Shown here: piece after piece, positions 53,891 to 64,000 of the stretch | Layout of the letters: every line of letters begins with the position of its first letter | How positions within the stretch are numbered: the stretch's first letter is position 1 | Source: Eledone cirrhosa | Taxonomy: Eukaryota | Reading direction: 5' to 3' | DNA: 64,000 bases | Assembly: GCA_964016885.1 (NCBI GenBank) | Contig: OZ024742.1 | Location: forward strand, 102,672,001 to 102,736,000 | Notes under the pieces: generated by a model | The model's database searches: none | Seen by the model: the letters and a program-made list of their open reading frames with translations, nothing else | What the model was told of the DNA's origin: nothing | Position numbers and translations under genes: made by a program

Positions 53891-54574
53891 GTACAACAAT
53901 GGTGTTATTAAGTTCTTTAATGTTTTGAGCTTTTCTCAGGCTCATCTACTGAATGAATGATAATTGTGTATTGTTGTTGCAATTTGCAGTAGGCAGCAAA
54001 GGATCACTGGGACGGTATTGTAAATGATAAAATCATTATTACTGTATTTAAAATTGTTTCATGGTCAGCTCTTGGACACTTCGTAGTTTATTTTACATGT
54101 GCTTTATTTGTGTGTTCATTTTTGTTTTGTATTGAGGTGTTATTTATAGAAATTTTGTCAAATTAAACAAAATCTAACTATACTGACTCCAAAAGTATAC
54201 AAAACTGCTCATTGTCTAATTTTCCAGGTTTGTTTGTTCTTTAACTAATTCTGTTATTCTAATTAGGATGTCTGTGTGTATTAGTTTATATTGCTTTTGT
54301 AATTAATCAATGTTAGGTCTGTAATTCCATTTTCTCTAATGAGAAAGAAGTAAATATATGAAACTTAAGCGACAGAATAGAAATGTTTGGAATTTGTATT
54401 ATCTTAAATTTACATCAGAACATTTTTCAAACTTTTATCTACAACCATCTTAGCAATAGCCAGAGACAACTCTACTAAAATCTCTCTGACTAAAATGAAG
54501 CCTTTTTTCAGCATTACACGCAAACATACAAATAAATACACAAACTCATGTAGGCATGCAAACACACAAATACT

Positions 54575-54639
<65 letters not shown>

Positions 54640-54715
54640 CTGTTATACTCTATTTCAGATTGTAGTCAATGGTGTTTCATCTATAGATAAAGGTACGAAT
54701 TGGTATGGCACACAT

Positions 54716-54746
<31 letters not shown>

Positions 54747-54961
54747 GTGAGGTTTTTCTTTACAAAATGAAAAATAACCGAGGTGTCCTACACGAGTGAA
54801 AGTATAAAGAAAAAAAGATGAAATCGAAAATGCAACTGGAGTCTTATTTTTAAAAATATATATATATTTATTTGGTTCCTTTACCGGTTTCGCAGTTCTT
54901 CTGCTTTTCAAAAGTAGAGTTGAGATGGAGGGTCTGTGGTTTATCTATATTTATATATATA

Positions 54962-55034
<73 letters not shown>

Positions 55035-55374
55035 GAATATAAAAGAAAGATATATACATATATGTGTTCAAATCACAATTAATTTGCGAAACAGCATAAC
55101 CAAACGCTGTCTGGGTGATTGGTAGTTACCACAATCCAGGTTTGTATTTATTTTTTTGATTTATTCTTAAATTGAGTCTGGCAAACCCTATTGTCCATAG
55201 TTAGTATTTTTTTCACCTTAGTGAATCTGGTCCCTTACGATTTGAACACATATATCTATATATCTGTGTTTATCTTTCTATTCAATTATAATATTTGGCT
55301 CGGAAAAATCTCTTTCCTAGAGCTATTTTATTGTAAGAGACTATTTTGAGTTTCTAACTCAATATAATATATAC

Positions 55375-55408
<34 letters not shown>

Positions 55409-55411
<3 letters not shown>

Positions 55412-55796
55412 CGAAGGAGTTGTGGTACGGAACCAGATGGACCATAACACACCAGAGTACTCAATACTTAGGGTAGTAGAGTGGGTAATAGGAAAATGTA
55501 TGAATCCAACGCCAGAGCTCAAGCCGTTTCAACAGCTATTTCTGGACTAGTCCAGAAATAGCCGTCGAAACGGCTTGAGCTCTGCCGTCGGGGTCATACA
55601 TTTTCCTATATATATATATATATATATATAGGAGCAAGTAGGACCCCGACGGCTGAGCTCAAGCCGTTTCGACGGCTAATTCTGGACAGCTAATTCAGTC
55701 GGGGTCCTACTTGTTCCTATTACCCACTCTACTACCCTAAATATTGAGTACTTTGGTGCGTTATGGTCCATCTGGTTCCTTACCAGATCTCCTTCG

Positions 55797-55799
<3 letters not shown>
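55409..55799. repeat. Nested inverted-repeat structure (pLTR-like family) in (TA)n
   Basis: Outer arms 55409-55493 / 55714-55799. Spacerless 120-bp imperfect palindrome 55489-55608 centred on GGACT|AGTCC. Second hairpin at 55629-55719. Relatives at 35575-35710, 37118-37220, 38745-38810 and 45779-45879. Confidence 0.85.
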
Positions 55800-55830
<31 letters not shown>

Positions 55831-55872
55831 CTTCATAATAAACAAGACAAACACAGAGATGAAAATATATTA

Positions 55873-55910
<38 letters not shown>

Positions 55911-58331
55911 GAGCCAGACACAGTTGTCTGACCTGCTTCTCTAAGCTCAGAACATGACAACCTATGTAACCCATGCAGGCATGGAAAATAGCCATAAAAC
56001 GGTGATGATGATAATATATGTATTGTAAACTCCCTTATAGCAAATCAATGAAAAATAAACACACCCTTATACAACAAAAAAAGCATTGTTAATGTTGTTC
56101 TTTTTATCATCTAGCTTAACCCTGTCACCAAAGAGATGCTATCTATACAAAACTCGACCAACCACATATGTGTTTTCACTCTTAAACAATAACTGGGTGT
56201 GAAATATACTGTCCAAAGTGTATCTTGATCACAGGCATGAGTTGCTCACATACCATGTATCAAAGCAAGAAGAAAGCACACACATATGCATACACTCACA
56301 TATGCATACTCACACATGTGCATACACACGCAAACATGCACATGCACCTGCACACATTCTCTGTCTCTCTTTGTGCTAGGAAGAAAACAAAAATGTATCT
56401 AGGGTGAAATTTGAATCATTTTTTCCAATCAATCATGTTTTCTCTTAAAACAATTTCTATTAACATTACAAAATTAAAAGTAGCGTTTATTCTTTCTTTT
56501 TACATAACCAAACACACACATACAATACATACAAACATGCATACGTACATACACACACACACACACACATACATACACACACATCATCATCATCATCATC
56601 GTTTAACGTCCATCATCCATGCTAGCATGGGTTAGACAGGAGTTGTCCCACTTGAGGCAAGATTGGTCGAGTGACCGTCTCTCGCTCGTATAGGACTATC
56701 TAGCAGGTTTTCTACGGCTGGATACCCTTCCTAACACCAACCACATTTACAGTGTGGACTGGGAACTTTTTACCATGTTACCTACATGGCCACATTACAG
56801 CGTGGACTGTGTGTTTTTTTTTTGTCGTGACATCTACACGATCTCATTAGTTTGGACTGTGGTACCAACATAACTTTACAGAGAAAGGGTGGTATTGGTG
56901 GGAGTGGGAGGATGGAGTAGGGGTAGTAGGTTGGGGTGTATATTTGGTTAAGAGGTGCCTACTGACTGTAGGTTTCGCTTTGTACATAGGCAAGGCGGGT
57001 CTTCTGCATTACTGCATGGCGCCAAAAATCTCAGTCCAGTGTCATTGTCTGGCAACATCTATGAAGCCCATCTTTAGAACAAATCTGTCTACATGAGACA
57101 GATAACATCATGAGAGTTGGGAAAGAGCTCCTTGAGAAATACTCTCTGCATGATAACCAAAAGCTCACACACATATTTAGAGTCATTCTTTAACCCTTTC
57201 AATACCAAACTGCCTGAAACTGCTCCTGGTTCTATGATACAGAACTATGTATTTTAAAGTATTTATATTTATCTAAAAACCTTGCACCAAAATTTTATGT
57301 AACTACTTTTGTAATGTTCCAAACACCAACTTAATAATGATAAAGTTACTTTACTAAATGCTTCCAAATTATAAAAAAAAATTTATATATATAGGCAGTG
57401 TATTCCAATAGAAATATTGTAATGAAAGAGTTAAACATAAACTTACTCCCTACCCCACCACACACACATACGCACACTACTGACCTTGTATTTATTCCTT
57501 AATTTCCATTTATGAGTCGGAGAAGATTTATTTATTGAAAACACCTGTCAACACCATAGTGGGCTATCAGCCAATCAGATGGCACAACTACCGAAAACTG
57601 CCTATTGGCAGGATTTACATGTCTTTGACCAAGCATTAGCCAGATTATTTATGTCACTTCTTCAATACCATATTACTGTCACTGGACAAAATATGCACAT
57701 ACAGGCAGCCCTTACTTTTGAGGGATATATATATATATATATATATATGTATATGTATGTATACACACACACTCACATACACCTCTATATATATAGATAG
57801 ATAGATAGATAGATAGATAGAGTGAAGGAGAGAGAGGTAGATAGTGAAATAGATAGAGAGATAGAGGATATATATATATACATATAAGAGAGAGAGAGAG
57901 AGCATTCATTACACTTAGTTCCTGGCTGTAAAACCCTGGTGTAATTTGTAAGTGTCGAATTAGATTGGAAGAGTATCACTGAAACCACGTGCTGGATCAT
58001 GGTTCAAATCTTTCAGATAGAAGAGATTGGATAGAAAATTAGATTATTTGTGTGCTCTTAAGACTTTAATTGATTTTTATTGGGCTTCTCCGAATTATAC
58101 ATTGTTGTTGACAAAACATATTGGACATGTTTAGTATATAGATTATTGTTATTGAAATATATAGTAGTAAGAGTGTTAGAATGGGAAATGTGAGGTGATT
58201 TTGCTTAGAGGAGATGATTTGGTTGTATGATTAAGATGTTTGCCTTGCAATGATGTTGGTTATCCTGCTTTGTGATACTTTTAGCGAGTCTTTTAAGTGA
58301 AATTTGGTTAACAGAAACTCTGTAGAAGCCC

Positions 58332-58380
<49 letters not shown>

Positions 58381-59673
58381 TAGGAGACACAGTAAGAAGG
58401 CTCCCAGTCCACACTGTAAATGTGGTTGGTGTTAGGAAGGGCATCCAGCCATAGAAAACCTGCCAGATGCAGTTCTATATAAGTGACACACGGTCACCCG
58501 ACCAATCTAGTCTCAAGTGAGACAATCCCGTCTAACCCATGCTAGCGTAGAAGATAGACGTTAAATGATGATGATGATATATATATATAAAGCTTAGTTA
58601 ATATGAAGCATTGTGAGATATGTAAAAGACAAATGATTTTCAGAAACTGCAAAGGGCAAATGATGACAAGTAAAACAAAACAAAGTAATGCTTTACCCAA
58701 TGTATTTCAACATGATATTTCAGACACGTAGACCAGGAAGAACACATTGATCATTTGTTTTGTTTTGAACTTTTCAGTTCCACATTTGAAAAGAGGGTTA
58801 TAGCTCTGAAATATTATGTTGAAATACACTGGGTAAAACATTTGTATTTTTTTGTCACATTGTACAGGCTTTTTGAAAATTATCAGCCTTTTATTACATA
58901 TATATATCATCATCATCATCATTTTATGTCCACTTTCCTTGATGGCATGAGTTGGACAGGTTATCATGGTCTGAGACTAGATGGGTAGGAGTGGCATTAT
59001 CTTGGTCAAATGTTCCATATTTACTATGGTTTCTATGGCTGGATGCCATTCCTATTGTCAACCACCTTACAGTTTGTACTGGATGCATTTTTTGTGGCAC
59101 CAATATTTCCACTATATAGCGTAAATTTTGTGTATTTAATTGAGGCATCAGCACTAACATACTACAAGGTGTACTGGGTGTCTTTTATTGTAGCACCAGC
59201 ACTAAAGAGGGTGGCATATGCTTTTCCAGACTAAAGAGTCCTCTCCAACCCTATATTGTCATCATTTGCTTGTCAAATGCTGTAGCCTCTGGTCTCTTAC
59301 CATGTTTACTTTTAATGTTACAGTGCTTGTTACAGGTAAACAAGTCTTTTTTATTATGGCATATTGTCTGTCAGCTCACCCCTGTGTCATTTCCTTTATG
59401 AGGTTCAGTTATGTTATGTTATTCTTCATAGCTTGTTCCATGTCTTCCTTGGTCTCCCTCTTCCTGTGGTTCCATCCACTTAAAGCAATCGACACTTTTT
59501 ATAAGTGTATGTTTGTGAATGTGTGTGTGTACCATAAGTTATTGGGGCAAATACTATGTTATTGAAATGTATAAGAAGGGAAGTAAATTTCCAAAGGGAT
59601 GTGACTCAAATTAACTTAACCCTTTGATAAATAAACGTTGCTACTTTGTTGGCTAACTCTCTCATTGGCCACA

Positions 59674-59871
59674 TGAGGGTTGGCTTAACAGTTCATAGGC
59701 TGACCAAGATACTCTCATGGAATGACCAAATGAAGTTTAATTTTGAACATAGTCCCTAGAAAGAAACAATGTAGTTATTAATAAGAATATTTGAAATTAA
59801 TGCATATAAGATATCACAGCTCAAGCATCTCTTCTTCATAGTCAGCCTATTAACTTTTTATCCAACTCTCG
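59674..59871. mobile_element. Mariner-type MITE (~200 bp), multi-copy
   Basis: ~31-bp TIRs TGAGGGTTGGCTTAACAGTTCATAGGCTGAC / GTCAGCCTATTAACTTTTTATCCAACTCTCG followed by TA. Other copies at about 28342-28474, 34300-34470, 38930-39093 and 53015-53192. Confidence 0.78.
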
Positions 59872-59997
59872 TAGTTGTCTCATAGAATTATGAGACAATT
59901 TCATGTTGTTTAATACTGTTGAGAAAGGCATGAATACTGCCTAGTCTCAATTCCTATCATTTAAGTTATCTGTCTGTTTATAATTAAATATGTGGAT

Positions 59998-60175
59998 TGG
60001 TAGTATCGGTAGAGGGTCGGACACCATGCTTTGATGCATAGAGTTACGGCCCTTGCCATTCTGAGTTCATATCCCGCCGAGGTTAACTTTGCCTTTCATC
60101 CCTACGGGGTCGATAAAATAAAGTACCAGTAATACACTGGGTAATTGCTGGCCTTGTGCCAAAAGTAGAAACAAT
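59998..60175 (+). mobile_element. SINE with Deu/Nin-like domain, well-preserved copy
   Basis: Colinear with 40372-40530, with CpGs retained. Confidence 0.72.
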
Positions 60176-60559
60176 TAATTAAATTAACTTGTTATCAACA
60201 GATTGGTTTCAATAATGATTATTTCTTTGGATTAGTTATAAAACATCTTTGTTAGTAAGTGAGATAAATAGCAGATTAAATTGACACTTCAGTAAAACAA
60301 TTGTTACAAGAGAGCTTCTGTACAGTCATTCAGTCTGTTAAAAATAGCAGCCAAATCTCTCTTGAATGACACCCTACCATCTTAAGTGAAGAAGGTATTC
60401 ATTAGATAATTAAATTCCTGACATACAAAACGTATGGTGTATATGACTGAAATCCCTTTCATCATAGATCTGCTCAATGAGAGCTGATCTGAGGTTAAAC
60501 AATAACAACTACAACAACAACTTGTACTTATTTTATATGTCCCAAATAGAATGGAATGG

Positions 60560-61105
60560 ACCTCTGTTGGTTTCAATGTGGAATGTTACCACTGTTTAAT
60601 CAATGTTACAATATGTTCATGAAATTAACATGTGAGTGAGCATTCCACAGATATGTGTACCCTTAACGTAATTCTCAGGGAGATTCAGTGTAACACAATG
60701 AATTATAGGTGGAGTCTATATGATGGGCTTCTAAACAGTTTATATCTACCCAATTTCATTCACAAGGCTTAGGGTGGACTTGAGACTATGGTAAATGACA
60801 CATGTGTGGCATTGAATCCAGAACCTAATGTGTAAGTGCGTGAGCATTCCAGAAAAATGTATACTCTTAACATAATTCTCAGGAAGATTCAGCATGTCAC
60901 AGTGTGTGTTACAATGCTAGCCCTTTGAATTACAATAACAGTCCATTGGAAGGATTTCCAAACAGTTTCTGTCTACCCAATTCCATTCATAAGGCTTGGG
61001 CTGACCTGAGGCTATGGTAAATTACATTTACCCAAGATGCTACACAGTAGAATTGAACCTGAAACCTAATGATTGGAAAGCAAACTTCTTAACCATTCGG
61101 CTATG
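60560..61105 (-). mobile_element. Diverged CORE-type SINE with a ~200-bp tandem duplication
   Basis: GTGAGCATTCCA..CTTAAC..AATTCTCAGG..GATTCAG..TCTACCCAATT..AAGGCTT..CTATGGTAAAT occurs twice (about 60636 and 60840). Confidence 0.6.
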
Positions 61106-62789
61106 CTACGTCCATCCTATCCTAAAAGTATGAAAGGCAAAGTGGAGCCCAGAAGGACTTAACATCAAAAAATGATATATCAATCTAGATAATGTTTAGA
61201 GTTCAATCTTCTGTAGAATAAGTTGTCTAAGAGCATTTTAATAAAACATCACTGTTGACTCTAGTGGGATTTGAACCTACAACATTACATACTAAAATAG
61301 ATAGTATAAAACCTCTTGTTTTATCTCTTTCATATGTATCATATTGATTTTTTTTGTTTGTTTTGTTTCATATAATGCTCGAGATAGTTTCAGGGATTGG
61401 AAAATAGGGAAGGTGTGTTTATGTTAATTCCAATCAAGAATTGAAATGGGTCAAAGATTTGGTATTTTATTGCACTGTAACTCATGCCACGGGAGACCAA
61501 TAACTAATAATGCCATCTCTTTTGCCTCTTTGATCAGGTATAACAATATTCCACTGTGAATTGTTGTCTTAATTCCATGTAAGTGCTTGTGCTTTCCATT
61601 TTTCGCTCTATTTTGCACTGCTAGTTCTGATTTTGTATATTAAGAGTAACTTTAGTTTTGCATTCTTTTTCAAGCATGATTCCCTCACATAAGCTATCCC
61701 ATATTTATCATTAGCAGTCACAACATTGTTGGTGACTACTAAACCTTTAGATTTCTGTGTGTTATATTCCTGGTAAAAATGTTTTTGCTAATTCCCCTAT
61801 GGGCTTCCTTTAGCTGTTATTGTGTAGCGTAAAAACAGATTTTTCTACAAGAATATTCTTGTTTCTACAGGTGTAATTGTTGTTGTTTAACACCACGTGC
61901 ACTCAGATTAAGAAGACCTATGATAAACGACATTCCATCTGTGACCATCTTGTCCTTTTTTTACTGCCAGTCATAGTGTATCTAGAACAACGAATGTAGG
62001 TACAGCATGGCTGAATAGCTAAGAAGTTTGATTGTTCTGTGTGGTATCTTGGTGAAGTTTCATTCACCATAGCCTTGGGCCAACGCATGTCTTTTGAGTG
62101 AAATTGGGTAGACAGAAACTTTTTCAGAACTTATTGGATAGATTGTACCAGTAATTTAAAGTGCTAGCCTTGTCACACACACACACTGCCAAACTAAATC
62201 TCCCTGAGAATTACTTAAAGGATACATGTATCTGTGGAATGCTCAGCTTGCATGCTAATTTCATGAGCAGGCTGTTTCATTGACTGAATAACTGGATCAC
62301 TTATTATCAAATCCAAATGAGGCCCATTCTAGAACAAGGAATGTGGTCTTGGAACAAGGTGAACACTACACCCTAATTTATCAAGAAAATTCTAAAGAAG
62401 AATCATCTGCCAATGATAGGAAAATTTAAATGTTTACTAAATAAAGCTGAGTTGAGTTGTTAATAAGATTATAATTTTTTTTTCCACATTATTAATCTCA
62501 TTATTAAAGATTATATATTTTTCAACAGTTATCTCTTCATTATGTTTTGGTTGGTTGTCTTACTCCCGGATGTCTATATCATATGAAACTGGATTTCAAT
62601 TAGGAGAATTTATTTCTAAACTAACAACATTAATTAATTTCAAATCCTGCGAAGGTTAACTTTGCCTTTCATCCTTAAGGGGTCGATAAAATAAAGTACC
62701 AGTAATGCACTGGGATAAATGCTGGCCTTGTGCCAAAATTAGAAACAATTAATTAATGATATTCAGTTTTTCAAATCCAACATGGTACT

Positions 62790-63140
62790 TATTATCATCA
62801 TCGTTTTTACATCCGTTTTTTCACGCTTGCATGGGTTGGGTGGGTCCTTCTCAATACAGCATCTCTCCGCTCATCACGTTCCTTTGTCATCTCCTCTGAG
62901 TCTCAGTGATTTGAGGTTAGCTCTCCCAACATCTGCTCAGGTCTTTCATGATCTACCTCTACTGCGGCTTCCTTCCACTGGCATTTCCTGGCACTTCTTC
63001 ACCCAAAGATCATTGTCAATGTGCAACACATGTCCAAACCAATGCAGTCTTTTCTCCTGCACACCTCCTTGGTTTCCTCTTAAACCCAGCTTTTCTCTTA
63101 TCTTCTCCAAGCTCTGCCTTTCTCTCACGCTTACATTGTA
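62790..63140 (-). mobile_element. RTE 3' fragment
   Basis: VRERQS..IREKLGLRG..EKRLHWFGHV..WVKKC..EGSRSRGR, with a (GAT)n-like tail near 62792. Confidence 0.85.
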
Positions 63141-63144
63141 TAGC

Positions 63145-63800
63145 GGGAAGGAGAGCAAGGGCTACATATTGATAATTTTAGGTTCATAACTTTGCTAAAT
63201 GCAGAGTTCAAAATTTTGGCCAAGGTATTAGCGATGAGGTTGCCACTTGTCATCGGTGGTCTGGTAGGGGTGGAGAGACATATGTCATTCTTAAGAAATC
63301 CATCCATGACAACTTCCACCTTATGCGATACATCATAGGGAGGATGGCTAAGGAACCTGGCACAGGTAGGGCCCTGATCAACTTAGATCAATCAAAAGCA
63401 TTCAATAGGGTCGACCATCAGCACCTGGTGGTGGTTCTCAAAGCAGCTGGCTTTGAGCCTGTTTCAGAAAAGGGATCGCTGCTATGAACAGTGATGATAC
63501 TGTCCTGCACACATTTATCCAGTGTCCGACTTGTGGGGTTATGTCGAACACCTGTTGTCATGTGTAGAATGAATTCGTCTATCAGCTGAGTCCATTGTGA
63601 AGATCACTCTGCTGCCTTCCTTTAATCAGGAAAGGCAGGCTGTTTTTATCTGTCTGACAAGCAGTTTGAGGAGAGAAGTAAGCATAACCTGAGTGAATGG
63701 GCCTGCTTTGAGTGTGCGCCTGTAGATTGGAGAAGGACAACTGGGACAGGGCACTTGTCCTAGAGATCAGGGCACCTATAGTTTTATGGGTTTTTTTCTA
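63145..63800 (+). mobile_element. L1/Tx1-clade LINE RT fragment, internally deleted
   Basis: NFRFITLLNAEFKILAKVLAMRL, SIHDNFHLMR and ALINLDQSKAFNRVDHQHL across frames. Confidence 0.82.
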
Positions 63801-64000
63801 TGAGCAGCCCTTGAACATTTCCTCCCTATTGAGGAATTCCCATTGTTGAAATATTTATTATTACCTTAATTTTTACTTTTGTTAAACCTGTTTACCCCCC
63901 CCCCCCCACAAAACCCACACACTGATACACACACACACACACAAAACCCACACACTGACACACACATACATCCACTCTATATTTTCATCCTGTGTTGTCC

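Overview
Eukaryotic, AT-rich, repeat-dense genomic DNA, most likely a cephalopod such as an octopus. That assignment is an inference from the mollusc-type Jun sequence, the very large (TA)n/(TACA)n arrays and the SINE/RTE repertoire. The only convincing host protein-coding gene is an intronless c-Jun/AP-1 gene (3251-4132, minus strand). Its compact promoter carries AP-1, MEF2, two TGACATCA sites, two CCAAT boxes and a CArG box, in the same order as the vertebrate c-jun promoter. The remaining ~59 kb upstream is non-coding or transposon-derived. It includes a 52-bp minisatellite and a ~20-kb microsatellite block (7.7-27.4 kb) packed with RTE LINE fragments and a non-autonomous RTE-derived bipartite element. 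That element has 7 copies in 2 subfamilies across the window and a covarying, structured 5' leader. Also present are several fold-back hairpins, some with minimal hammerhead-ribozyme motifs typical of Penelope-like elements, a decayed Penelope/Neptune RT, a Merlin transposon derivative, hAT/mariner/Tigger-like MITEs, CORE- and Deu/Nin-type SINEs, a probable solo LTR and an L1/Tx1 fragment. Nearly all long ORFs in the supplied track are microsatellite artefacts. All calls come from reading the sequence by eye. No searches or folding computations were run.
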